Shown here piece by piece: positions 12,791-24,918 of a DNA stretch of 64,000 nucleotides; position 1 is the first letter of the stretch, and each line of letters opens with the position of its first letter. The notes beneath the pieces are model-generated. The model searched no databases. It had not been told where the DNA came from and saw only the letters and a list, made by a program, of their open reading frames with translations. The stretch covers positions 248,001 to 312,000 of the forward strand of contig QPMI01000601.1 in NCBI GenBank assembly GCA_004431415.1, given 5' to 3'. The stretch comes from Cyanophora paradoxa CCMP329. Its lineage: Eukaryota > Plantae > Glaucophyta. The position numbers were made by a program, and so were the translations under genes.

Positions 12791-13341
12791 CACTGCGGTA
12801 CGGCGTTGTATGGGCCCATAGTCGTGGAAGCAACTCCACGATCGCGACAACTAGCTCTACGATCGCCATAGCCATGCATTGCATGCTGCTATGACGCTCG
12901 ATTGCAAGCTTGTAGAGTTTTCTATAGCCATTGTTTACAGCTTGCGGATTCTCTACAGGACTTGAGTCAATAGAGGGGGATACGCCTAAAATCAAAAAAA
13001 GTTCAAACCTTTTTTTCGCCAAACGGTCAGCAAAAACTTCGGCTGGTAGGATTTCTTGAACGGCGGTAGACTTTCGGCCGCCGCGGCGCCCAGCCAATCA
13101 CAGGACGGTGTTCTTTAACATTCATCGGCCGGTTCGAGCTTTGATCGGGCGTTTTCGAGCTCGTTTTGCCGCGTTTGCCAAAACCTAAGTCCAAAAGGGG
13201 GGTACGCTGCAAAGTCAAGTCCAAAACCTTATCGGAAAAAAACGCCGAGTCTGTAACTTTGACTTACCATTTAGCCATTGTTAAACCTCCGTTGGAGCTT
13301 TCGTCAAGCACTATGGGCCCATACAAACGCGTACCGCAGTG
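12791..13341. mobile_element. Non-autonomous CACTA/CMC-superfamily element (CACTG ends)
   Basis: 32-bp imperfect TIRs CACTGCGGTACGGCGTTGTATGGGCCCATAGT / ACTATGGGCCCATACAAACGCGTACCGCAGTG, with a 3-bp TSD CCG at 12788-12790 and 13342-13344. Confidence 0.88.
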
Positions 13342-13934
13342 CCGCAATTGTACCGAGTACAGGCCCCGAGGGGCCCATTGGTCGTCTCAGCTTATATTAT
13401 TGAAAACGACTTTCGGCGCTTTTTGGAGGTGGTTAATAATAATCTATGAATCATTTGAATGTAATTCGCAGTAATAAGGCTCTGTCTAAATTGTTTATTT
13501 TGATAATCTTTCAACTAACGCATCAAGTATATTTAAAACCCACCTCGTGGCACACATCGACTCTGTCTAATACAAATTTGCTGGCCGGCCCCGTGGCGCT
13601 CCGTTAATTTGGAAACTATTTCCTAGCGAATGGGGTGCGGTCTCTTGAAATTAATAATTTTCAAATTTCGACTCGGACGACCAATGTTATTTGCGCTTTT
13701 CGTGAAAATGCTTTTCGATGCTTTTCGACGTGCTGTTACTGCCCATTAGAGGCCTCTCATAGGAAAACGGGCCGGACCATCGTGCTCCCCAGGGACTAAA
13801 ATGGGGTAGCAGGTGTCTTCAAAAATACGAATTTCGCTTTCTAAAATTTTGTGACAAGTGACCAACAGACCTAAGGGCCTCTCCATTCCCCAAGGCCGAT
13901 AAAAACGTGTGAGCACCTTTTTTTCTCAAATTAC

Positions 13935-13988
13935 CAAGGGTCTTAGTACCGCGAGCAATTTAATAGTCAAGGGTCTTAGTACCGCGAG
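13935..13988. repeat. 21-bp direct repeat CAAGGGTCTTAGTACCGCGAG x2
   Basis: Exact copies at 13935-13955 and 13968-13988. Confidence 0.85.
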
Positions 13989-16159
13989 TTCCAGTCGCCG
14001 GCGACTCGCCGCGCCAACCGACTCTCCTCCGACTCTCCGAGGCTCAAGCAATCATTGTGTTCACTGATTCAATGATTCAGGTCGCGTGCTCGCATACCAC
14101 ATCATCGATATCCGCCAGTGGCCTGGCAGTGGGACGGCCACATGCGGCATGCCTGTCGCTCCTGACTCCTGTGAGTTCACAACGAGCTCGTTGCCGAGTA
14201 CTGGAGTACCATCGTATACGCGTACTTATAATTAGCTATATAGTAGTACCAGCTGCGAAAGAGCCGCTGACCATGAGAGGTCGAGGAGGGCGATCGCGGG
14301 CGCCGCCGCCGCCAGAACAGTCGCCAAGGAGAGGAGTCAGAACCGGAAGCCCGGAGGCCGTCGAGCTCGAGCGACACCCCCCGACGCGAAGATGCCCCCT
14401 CCCCTCAGAAACCGTGCGCATGCGCTGCTTCGATCACCGCAAGACTCCCGCGGTATTTCGCTCATGATCAGCGGCTCACGCGCGGTAACAACGCAGAAAC
14501 GTACTGCTACAACACGAGCGACTGTCCGTAATATTAATTGTCCCGGTATCTACTTCCTCTCGTAGAGGGTTCAACGAATTGGTCGCAGGTTCCGGGGAGG
14601 CGATCGCCTTCAGCGGCAGTTGGGGCAATTTGCCTGGATCGTACCTTACAGTCGGATCCGCGGCGAACTGGTGCAGGGTCAACAAGGCGGCGGCGTTCAT
14701 GGACTGGGGCGGGGACTGCATGGCCACGTCGCAGTCGACCTCGCAGCTGGACGCCGAGGCCCAGGTCCGGTCCCCGCGCCCGTCCCGCCCGCGCGCCGAG
14801 CCGCGGATCACCGATCGACCGCGCAGATGGTGAGCGCCGAGGAGGAGGAGTTCGCCGCCGAGCTGGACGCCGCCGAGCTCGACGCCGCCGCGGAGCTCGA
14901 GGCCGCCGTGCGCGACGCCGCCCTGCGACGCGCGGCCGCCGATCGGACCGCTGACCGCCGCCCGTCAGATGCTGGCGGGCGACGAGCTCGAGGGCCTCGC
15001 GATTGATTTCGACGCCTGCTGACCGTCGGACCGCGCGCGGCCGCGGGGCCGGATCGGGGTCTGGAGACTGTGTTCCTGAATTTCCACATGCATGTGAACC
15101 GACGTAGGCATGCGCATCTGTAGTATGTGTGAATTTTAGTCTGCTTAAAATTTGAGCACATGTACAGCCTGCGGTCGGGCCTCCGAGGCTTTCTCTTCCC
15201 TCTTCGCTTTAGCATTCCTAATTTTAAGACGCCCTTCCGCCACGTGCACCCCGATCCCCCCTTGCATCCTCGGTTGGTCGCGACAGACGCAGCCGCTTTC
15301 TTAATATCACTTATTTCTTAATTTTTCGCAGCCGGTGTGCCTGGAGGTATTTCCCGACGAGCAGCGGCCTCGTGAAAGGAATTCGAAGCTCGTCGCGCGC
15401 CAGCTGCAGCGCAGCGAGCGCCAGCGCACCTAGCTATATATAGATCGTGATCATGAGCTGCTCACATCCTGGTAGAAAACGCGATAGATATCGCTTTTAA
15501 TTAAAGTTTCTTAAGCTTATACATCTGGCTTTCGACTTCATGCATATGCGTAATTTGATTCACCTAATTTACGTTGTACGGGGCCTCTTTAATTTCGATC
15601 GCGATCTGAATTCGAATTCGAAGCTTCTTTATCAGATGCGAATCTCGCGCGTGTCGGCGTCAAGAAATCGATTCCGTTTTGCACATCATTGTATTCACAA
15701 ACTAGGCATGCGCACAGCGGCACAGGTCATCCAAATGGCTGCGGCTCTAGACCTGGTGCAACGATACGACGGCGCATGCAGTAGGTGGCTTCTCGCGATC
15801 ATCGCCACCCCCAAGCATCCCGGTCCGTGTGAATCGCCGAGAGAGTCGACATCGCAAACTGGCGCCCCATGACTCAGTGTAAGGCGCAGGAGGCGCGCGC
15901 TTGTGCGGTTTACTTTGGAGCAAGCTAAATCAAAGGCGCACCGCGCCGTCGCCGTCTACACTTCCTGACTACTGCAGCTGCCATCATCGTCGTCACCGGC
16001 ATCACCGGCCAGCTGCGGGGGCGCTTGTCCCCCTGCTTGTTGCGGATCCGGAGGTGCGCCCATCGCCATCATGCTGTTCACAAGGCCCCACATTCTGCGC
16101 GCGAGTGCGCCGCGATCGCGATCGCAGGGTGGGGTAAGGCGTGCGCGAGATATCGATCT

Positions 16160-18960
16160 AGAGCCGATATCGATCTAGAGCCGCGGGAGAAATCTTCAGC
16201 TTGCCTGCGCAGTTCACTTTGCTGTGCGCGCAGTTCTGCCACCTGGAAAACGCGCAACGGCGCTTGGTTAAAATATAATGATTACAGGCACGCGCGAGCA
16301 GGCGCGCGGGGCCTAGATCAGAATTGTTGATATAAATATAAATAATTCCACCGCACCTCCCTATCCGATGCAGCCCGCGCCTGCTGCGCCGCCCGAAGCT
16401 CCGCCTCCTGCGCGCGCGTCCCGATCGCCCCCCGCATTGTAAAAGCGCCGGCCACGGGGAAGGGCGCGCGCACCGCGCGGGATTTCGCGCTGTCCAGCTC
16501 GCGATTCTGCTCGCAAAGGCGGTCATTGTCGCGCTGAAGCTCCGACGTCCGCCGCTCTATCTCTCGCTCAAGGCCGCTCGTCTGTTCAGACAGGCGCTTC
16601 TCCGTCCCCTTCAGATCGGCGTTCTCTTGCTCGAGCTGTCGCTTGGCCTCCGCGAGCCGCGCGTTGTCTCCCCGCAGCTCCGCCATCTCCTGCTGTGCGG
16701 CGCCGAGCTGCTGCTCCAGCCCCTCGTTCTCCAGCGTGAGCTGCCCGTTCGCCGCCTCGACCTGCGCCTCGCGCATTGCAGGCCTCGTTACATTTACCGA
16801 GTGCATCGAGCGTAATTGTGAGGACATCATGATCAGATATCGAGGCTAGGCCGATGCGCACATCCCGCAAGGCCCCTGCGTGCTGTTCGGTCCGCCCATC
16901 CTGCACGGTACCGCTGGGTCACAGGCGCAGCGGGCCGGGTAATACACGTATACGTGGTGGCTGGTGCAGCTCTCACCGCAGACGCTGCGCGATCCTCAGC
17001 CTCGTCCAACGCTCGGGCCCACTCCGTCACTTGCTCGACCATCTGCGGCGGCACCAGTCGCTCAAACCATTAAATTCAAGATCAAGCTTCAAGCAATTCG
17101 AAAGGATCGCCGTCGAGTGCATGTGGCCTTGGCATATATATAGCTGATCGCATGCACGCACGCGGGCGGAGAGTCGGCTGGGATTCGGCTGGCTTTCGAC
17201 CGGGGGAGGGGCGGCTGCGAGTGCAGAGGATGGCGGTGCTGCTGGGAACTTCGGATCCGGAGATGAGCCCGAGCCCGACGAGGCCGCCGCTGCCGTCGCC
17301 CCCTGCGCCGATTTGCGAGTCGTGCTTTTTCCACGGCTCGCGCGTTTATGGGAAATGCTGCTGCGACTCCGCTGAGCAAAGATCTGTCGGCGCGCGCATA
17401 TCCATCAGACAACGACATATATTAAATATGATATATTATATATCGATTGCTGAAATGCGCACTTCGCCGTATCTGGGCAAAGTTTTGTATTCGTTCAGGA
17501 AGCTGGTCCATTGCTCTGGCGTGTTGTACTCATTCATTGCGTCCCTGAGGGCTTCTTCCTCTTCTGGTGTCCAGAAAGGACCAAATGTACATAAATGCGT
17601 GGTGCGACGCTGCGAGCGAAATGAATAAATCGACTGCACACAGATAGCTCTTCGCATCAAATTTAAACCTGTCCTTGCATCGTTGCCTGTGAGTAATCGT
17701 TAGCCTCCGTATTACATAAATACGTATACGCTACAAAGCGGACCCCGCCATTCACACCGCCGGCGCTCTTCTTGATAATCTCGGAACGCTTCCTGTCAAG
17801 GCCGTCTTTGCTCCGTCGAGCGAAAACCTGGAAAGAGGCAGGGAGCTCGAGGACTCAAAATTTATACGATCGCGAGGCATGGAAACGTCTTGATTGTATA
17901 TAAATTCTTGAGCGCGAACTGCACCTCCTTGAAATGCTCGTCGTCCTCGAATGAATTCAAAAACTCGTTCCAAGCTGCTTGCGTTCTGTTCTGATTTATT
18001 ACTTTTTGCAGTTCTACCAGTTCTTCTTCCGTCCAACGCTTGGCGACTACCGATTCAACGGTGTGTGACGTTTCTACCAATTCGCAACACAAGATTTCAC
18101 GCACTTGGAGGCTTGGTGCCAGTGCTGCACATGCTCACGCAAGGCCGCGGCCTCTTTGAATCGCTCGGGCCTGGGACTGCGGATTACCACTATATATGTA
18201 AACGTATAATTATAACAGAAGGCGACGTCGACGCGTACGCACTTTCGTACGATCGTGAGGAGCGCTCAAATGCATGGTTGTTTTTCCGTTTCCGTTCCGG
18301 AATTTCCCCGGGCCCTGACTGCTGCCCGCTGTTTCCCGTTGCGCCTGCCAGTATAGTCGTTTCCCGTTCCCGCTGTTATTACGTGTGATGGCGAACGAAA
18401 GTCGAAGCGAGCACCAATTGAATTCGGACGCATGGATGTAGCCAATTGCAAAGGGCTTTGTTGTTTGAGATCGTTGGATCCTGCGATGAATGCCTGCGTT
18501 AAGTCGCGGAGAACATTGCAATAAATGGATGTAAGAGAACAACCGTCGCCCCCAGGCCGGCCTGGATCTGATCGCGAGTCTAGAACATGTACGCCGTCAT
18601 CTTTCGGAGCCCCTAGTTCGGAAGCTTCAGGCGAGCACCTTTACAACCTTTATGGCTATAGGGGTCAGAATCAGAAGATCGGTGGTTGGGGTACCTTGCG
18701 CATGCACTTGGCGAGATTTGTCAGCTGCCGTCGCGGGAGGCGCTGAAGGCTGACCATGGGCGAACGCCAAGAGAGGCGGCACAGTCGACGTCGCAGACTG
18801 ATCATGAGCGAACGATAAGGGAGGCTCGAGCTCCACGGGCTGATCATGAACCGACGATGACGCTGCAGGAGGCGACACTGGCCGGGTGGGCTCCACATGT
18901 ACAGGAGGTGGCTCCGAGCTCGAGGCAGGCGGCAAAGCGGCTGCGACCCGCAAGTGCAAT
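16160..18960 (-). pseudogene. Multi-exon gene or remnant with two Myb/SANT-like repeats and a coiled coil, AT-rich introns, probably TE-associated
   Basis: Exon-like ORFs KRWTEEELVELQKVINQNRTQAAWNEF (~17950-18045), PFWTPEEEEALRDAMNEYNTPEQWTSF (~17490-17585) and a heptad-rich segment at 16480-16770. Whether these form one gene is unresolved. Confidence 0.4.
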
Positions 18961-19679
18961 CAGAAAATTATCCTCTGGAGGCCGTAGCTATATAGGCCTT
19001 TCGATTTGATTTTCAATCAGAAATTAAAATTGCAATCAGGAGGCCTTTCGGTTGGTTAAATGTACGTGTATATATATATACTTATATGAAAGGGTCGGAA
19101 TCGCGAATCACATTGCAATTGAAGATGTTCTGCACTCAAGCTTGCACGTCTTTCAACTGCAAACAGAGACCCTCTCTGCGAAGGGAAGGGCATTGCAGTT
19201 GGCAACGTCGCCGACCGGTTTGCGAGCAAACCGTCCGACGGTCAGGCGCACGCGGTATCGGTGTACGATATCGATGCCATGATGGGTTCAATTGCAATAC
19301 GTATACTGATCATGATGGGAACGTTAACAAGGGCACGGGGATGTACCTGGATCCGGAGTTGACGATCGGGAAGGGTTCCAAAGCATAATTAATATTCCAC
19401 AAATCTGTTTGCGATTGCATGATAAATTGTCAGCGACAGGGGTCGATCGCGACACCTTCTAAATTCTCGATCCTACCGGAAGGAATGCCGCATGCAGGGC
19501 CTGCCCCCAGGAACGCTAAAGCATCAGGAGCGGCGTGCACGTGAGAAACAGGACCGGAAGTGCTAGCGGTGCCGAGGGCTGGAACGGCGCCAGGGGCGGG
19601 AGCAGCGCCGGCGCCCACGGCCAGGCTCCCGAAAGAGCGAGGACCCGAGCTTGGAACAGCGCCGGGAACGATGCCGGAA

Positions 19680-20030
19680 GTCGCGGGAGGGCGCGCGACC
19701 GCGGCCGCGGTGCCAGATATCGATCCAGTGAGAATGCCGCGGCCGGCCGCGGTGGCCATAGCGGGGCCCCCATTGGCCATGGGGGTTGCGGGATGGCCTG
19801 CGGTCGACATCCCGGCCCCGCGAGAAGCGGTACCGGTGCCAGATGTTGATCCAGAGAGAATGCCGGAGGCGGGGCCCGCAGCGGGGGTCGCGGGAGGGAC
19901 CGCGGCCCCGGGCGCGGGAGGGCGCGCGGTACCGGTCCGGATCCCGGGCGCGGCCGCGCGAGAAGCGGTGCCAGATATCGATGCAGAGAGCTCGAGAGAG
20001 TTCGTAGCGGGGGTCGCGGGAGAGCTTGAG
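19680..20030. repeat. Degenerate tandem repeat (about 3 copies of GCGGTGCCAGATATCGATCCAG..GAGAATGCCG / GGGGGTCGCGGGAG)
   Basis: Core motif recurs at ~19708, ~19835 and ~19966. Confidence 0.7.
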
Positions 20031-20039
20031 GGGGGTGTC

Positions 20040-20524
20040 GACGCTTGCCGCCGGAGTGCCACGATTTCGCCACGCCGCAACAGGCCAAAGAAACCGGTAA
20101 GCAACATCACAAGGGCGCGAAGGAGCTTGTTTGAGGGGGAACGAGCGTAGGTACGAGCAATCGCCTCCAGGTGGACGGACGTGACCAATGCAGATTGCTT
20201 TGCTGGTTTTCCACAAAGTCGGGCGATTCCTTGCAATGTTTGCAGCACAAGGGGGTGAGCAAATGCAGTAGTAGGCAACATCCTCTGCCTTGTCTGATGT
20301 AGCAGAGCAGAGTGACACTGGTCAATTGCTGAGAGACCGTACTCTTCATCAGCAAGAGCCACCAGCAGTGTTGCGACGCCAGAAGCTGTTGGTGGCCAGG
20401 CTGGAATGCAGTGAACCGCGCAATGGCCTTCATAGAGGACGACCCAGCGGGCGTAGAGGCTTTGGGTTCGCTCGCTCACAGAGTTTGTTCTGTAGAAAGT
20501 GACCCGGTTGAGCAGATCAGCCAT
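20040..20524 (-). pseudogene. Tyrosine recombinase of the DIRS element, truncated after the first catalytic Arg
   Basis: N-terminal binding domain (SERTQSLYARW...HPLVLQTLQGIAR) followed by LLTGFFGLLRRGEIVAL. HxxR and the catalytic Tyr are absent, and the ORF runs on into repeat sequence. Confidence 0.8.
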
Positions 20525-20679
20525 ACGAGCACCTGCATCACCAGAGTCAAGGGTATGTCAGACTACATTTCTTCTTCTTCTTTTTAAAGCCCCCACTCAA
20601 GCTTTCTATCCCTGTTGCTGGACAAAGTAAGCTGAGCAGAGATGAGCAGGAGTTGAATTCTGCAGCAAGAGCCTTCAAT

Positions 20680-22643
20680 CTACTCCCACGACACATAAAG
20701 AGCAACAAGAATCCAGGAAGGTAACTGTGCCGAGCGAGGCCCGCGATAGCACACGTCATATGCTGGGCCAAGCACCATTGCAGGTGCACGCAAGGCAAGC
20801 TGCAACTGTGGCCACCATGGAGCTGAGGGCCACTGAGGGACAATAAAAACTGCCGAGGCCCTACACTGGCGGACATGTGACACAAGGTGCAAGAGGACAT
20901 TTGGGTCCGGAAAGACGTAATTACGAGCACCACGCCAGGTTGCTGTAAAGCAATCATATCCTTCAGCATGTCGATCATTCAAATCAATGGAAAAGTATCG
21001 ATTTAGGTGAGTGTTGGCTGATGAGGCCATACGATCAATATCAAAAGGTCCAAATGTCCGACTGACCATGGCAAAATACCCAGGTTTCAAAGAGTAGTCG
21101 GCGGGGTAAAAGTAGCGACTCAAAGCATCGGACCACTCATTGTCAACACCAGGAATGTGTTCTGCTTCAATGCTGATGCAATTGAGCAGAGCAATATCCC
21201 AAATTGCTGCTGCAACTCGGCAAAGGTATTCATGTCTTCCGCCACCATTGTTGATGTAGGCCACAGTCACTGTGTTGTCCGAGCGAACTAAGATGTTCTG
21301 ATTGCGCAATAAACCTTGATAGTGCTGCATAGCGCGAAGCACTGCCATTAACTCGCGCCACGACGAAATTTGCTGAGCTTCTTCTTGGTTCCACAGGCAC
21401 TGGAATGGGGCAGGCTCAAGCTCCCAAGCCACAGGTTGAGCATCACCAATTCGGGTAGTGATCCAGGCTCCTGCACCAACATGGCTTGCATCCGTAGTCA
21501 ACACAAGGAGCCTTTCAGGCCGAATAGGGCAGCGGCCATTGTATCGGTGGATGTTGGCCAGCCACCACTCAAGTTCCCGACGAGTCTCATTGGTGAGCTC
21601 CACTGGATGATTCCAATGCCATTCTCTTGCCACGACATTGATGTATCGAAAGAGGGACCTGGTCTTGATGCGAGCTGGAGCCAAGCCCCGTGCCATGGAC
21701 ACAAGGTGCCGGCGACCTTGGCCATTTCACGTGCAGATGCTGATTTCTTTTTCTTCAGAAGCCCTTTGATCAAAGCAAGCAGACGACCAAGCTTGTCTTG
21801 GGGTACTTCAAACAACATGCGGGCGGAGTCCACTATGAAGCCCAAGAAAGCCACCGACTGTGCTGGGGTGAGCTCAGATTTGCTGTTGACCACAAGCTTG
21901 AGGGCAGCAAATGTTTTGAGGACGAAATCCCGCAATTCACAGGCCTTCTCGTAGGTTGGAGCAGCAAACCACCAGTCGTCAACATAGTTCACCACGAAGA
22001 TGCCAAAGCGGCGGAAGTAGTTGACCACTTGTCGCATGATCTTGACGAATGCAAACGGTGAGTGCTTGAGGCCGAAGGGCAAAACTGTGTACACATAGAA
22101 TTTGCTGTCAAACTCAAAGCCCATGTTCCGCCAGTCTTGCGGTGAGACTGGCACGTGGTGGTATCCAGATTCAAGGTCAATAGTGAACATGTACCAGCCT
22201 TGGCGCAGCATGGCTGCAACATGCTCAAGAGTCTCATACTTGAAGGGGATGTCCGGAAGGCCTTTATTGGTAGGCCGGCCATCCCAGATGAGCCGCAACT
22301 TGGATCCAGTCTTCTTGGGCACCACGGACAGTGAGCAGACAATGTTCACTTGAGCTTCTTCAACTTCTCTGATCGCTCCCGTGCGCAAAAGCTTCTGAAT
22401 TTCGGTTCTCACAAAGTCCTGATGGTCCACAGCCGCAGACTTGTGGTTGGCCCGGCGCTCTGCTGGCAGCCGCCTCGCTCCTGACAAAGGGAAACCACGC
22501 AAGATCCAGTTGAGCACGACATCATTGGCTCCAATCGCTCTCCACTGTTGGACTGCAGCTTGAATGCAGGATGCAACAAAGCCTCCTGCAAAGTGAGGTG
22601 AGGCCTTGCATTGGCAGACATGCCCAATTATCGCGGTGCCCAT
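20680..22643 (-). CDS. DIRS pol: reverse transcriptase, RNase H and Dam-like methyltransferase domain (one frameshift near 21700)
   Basis: RT motifs KLRLIWDGR, IDLESGYHH, LPFGL..SP, NYVDD, FLGF. RNase H motifs LTTDAS, SWRELMAV, VRSDN, HIPGVDNEWSDALSR. Methyltransferase-like motifs IDRMAS, YVFPDP, VPQWPSAPWW. Confidence 0.9.
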
Positions 22644-22711
22644 CTAGCACTGCTACAGCTGATGGTCCATGCAGCCGCTGGCTTGAAGATGGTGACACGC
22701 GAACGGGAAGA

Positions 22712-22872
22712 AGCTTAGAGGCCTTGGCTGCGAAGCAAGACTGAGGCTTGTACCCCAGGGGCGCACTTATAACTTGTAAGTGCGCCCCTTGTACATATGT
22801 GCGTAAGCAAGGCTGCCTTTATTTGGCAGCCATACACTGCCCTATGCTACGCTGACGCTCACATAGGTTCGA
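22712..22872. repeat. 161-bp direct repeat, copy upstream of pol
   Basis: Identical to 24758-24918. Contains hairpins GGGGCGCACTTA..TAAGTGCGCCCC and GGCTGCC..GGCAGCC. Confidence 0.95.
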
Positions 22873-23664
22873 GTATGGCTGCCACGGCAGCCTTGCTTAC
22901 AGCAAGCTAAGCACAACATGTCTTGTCATGAAGAATATAAGAGTGAGCGTGTCAATGTGCTTGTTGGTTCAAGTCTTGAGCTCACATGCACACACAGTGC
23001 CACAATGCACCCACAGTGCCACAACACATTTGCACAGGCATGGACTTTCTGGATGAATGCGCCAACCTGCGATATCAGCGGGAACAGTTGGCATCATGGA
23101 ATCTTCGTACCCTTGTGTACTCCTCACCTGCAAAATGCACTAGGTTAATTTCAGAGCGCCCAGTATGCGATAGCGACACACGGGAAGGCCGGAGGGGCCA
23201 GGAGCTCGACAGCCAGCAGCACTCCTGACCTGTGCTGGAAACAGGTCAGTTGCCGGGAGTCAGCTGGGGCTCTGCCAGGTTGGAGTCATCCAGACGGCAA
23301 TATATGCCACTAGCATTGAAAAGAAAAGTAGACTACAATCACAGTCACACTTCACAGTGTTAACACATGCAAATGCACACAGGACCAATGCATAAAGCCA
23401 CAGCACGCCGGCGCCACCACGGCTGGTAATGACTATGCCGCACCCGGCCACAATGCCGCACCCGGCCACATGTACACCATCACATGAAATGGAAGCATAA
23501 TACATGTATTGCATGTTTAGGGAAGCATACACGCACACTCTAGATCTTCTGAAGACTGCACTTGCATATGCTAGCAATACTTATGCTTGCAAGAACACAC
23601 CGAAACACTAGTATCTAGCGAAATGCGAAACGAAAACTGCGCGTCCACACAAGGGCGCGCACGT

Positions 23665-24751
23665 CTACTTGGGGGGGTCGCGCCAGCCGGGGCGCGGCTC
23701 GTTCGGGCAATCCTTCACGACATGCCCGGGCTTGTTGCAGCGGAAACACATCCCGCTGTTGCGCTGCGACGGCGGGCGATCGCGGCCCTGGTGCTGGGGC
23801 CGTGGGTTGGCGTGCTGCACATACGGGCGCCCGCCGGCGGCCTCCGGGCCAGCAATGTTGAGCGCGTGCGCCAGCGCCGCAGCCGTGCCCCGATACTCCT
23901 CTGGCACACCTGCCAGCCGCTCGGCAAGCTTGTCGCCGCCCTTGTCGCGAATGTCGATCCGCTTCCGGAGCTCGTCGAGGATTTTGAGGCTCTGCTTTAC
24001 GTGATCGTAGCACGCAGTGCACGAAGAGCATCTCTTGAGCTGAAACTTAAGCTGCGATAGCTGCAGGGCAAGCTCACGAAGCCACGGGTTTTTGAGCTGC
24101 ATAGCCTCATGGTTGTCTTTCTGCTGCTCGCCGAGCTGCTGCTGCTGCTGCTCTTGAAGCTTGATGACCGCGCTATCTATCCCACGCTGAAGTAGCTCAG
24201 CCCACGCTGGCGGAAGCGCACCCGCTGCCGGTTTGGTCGACGTTGGGGCAGTCGAGTTGCCAGCGGGTACAGCATAAGGGCCTTGAAGGTGACGGGTGAA
24301 GCCGGTTGACGGGCCAGCCGCGCCCGGATCCACTTGCGCCAAGTTCGGAAAGTTGCGCGCAGCCACTTGCTCTTCCTCGTCGTAGGCGCCACCGAACTGC
24401 TCACGCTGTGCCAGTCTAACGGCAACGTCGTCCTCAGGTTCATCTTCTGGGTCGGACTGCTGCTGGTCCGGATCCGGCGACACGGCTTTCTCCTTGCCTT
24501 TGCGAGATCGCGTCGGCGGAGGTGCAGGCTGCTCCTCCTCCGCACTGTCGTTGGCCGGAGCTTGAAGACGAGATGACGACCTCCGGCCTGGGGCGCGGGG
24601 TCGTCGCCGTCTTGGGTTTGGCCGACTTGCGCGCACCAGTGGCCGTTGACTTGCGTTTCTGCGCCGCCTCGGCACAGGCGACGAGCAGAATGATGGTCAA
24701 GACGACTACGAACAGAGGGGCCCACGATGGGCTCCTCCGCGAGCGAGCCAT
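23665..24751 (-). CDS. DIRS gag-like ORF with C-terminal CCHC zinc knuckle (probable frameshift near 24560)
   Basis: CFRCNKPGHVVKDC knuckle. The ATG at 24751 lies just after the repeat but in a different frame from 23665-24675. Confidence 0.8.
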
Positions 24752-24757
24752 GACCTC

Positions 24758-24918
24758 AGCTTAGAGGCCTTGGCTGCGAAGCAAGACTGAGGCTTGTACC
24801 CCAGGGGCGCACTTATAACTTGTAAGTGCGCCCCTTGTACATATGTGCGTAAGCAAGGCTGCCTTTATTTGGCAGCCATACACTGCCCTATGCTACGCTG
24901 ACGCTCACATAGGTTCGA
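24758..24918. repeat. 161-bp direct repeat, 5' terminus of the DIRS element
   Basis: Identical to 22712-22872. Confidence 0.95.

Larger units (their letters stand above)
20040..24918 (-). mobile_element. DIRS-type (tyrosine recombinase) retrotransposon, 3'-truncated
   Basis: Order gag(CCHC) - RT - RNase H - adenine-methyltransferase-like - tyrosine recombinase. GC content is lower than in the host genes. 161-bp direct repeats are present. Confidence 0.92.

Noticed and set aside
14270-15100. Plus-strand exon-like fragments (MVSAEEEEFAAELDAA...)
   Set aside because: They are interrupted by stops, and no coherent gene model or family could be supported.
20680-21100. Adenine methyltransferase-like domain as a novel restriction-modification system
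   Set aside because: It is a known component of DIRS pol proteins.
23260-23577. Hydrophobic 105-aa ORF as an env-like gene
   Set aside because: It is short, TG-rich and has no recognisable motifs, so it is probably chance coding in the spacer.
24615-24660. ARKS motif in the DIRS gag N-terminus (KRKSTATGARKSAKP) as a second histone mimic
   Set aside because: It is only a 4-5 residue match within a basic low-complexity stretch.
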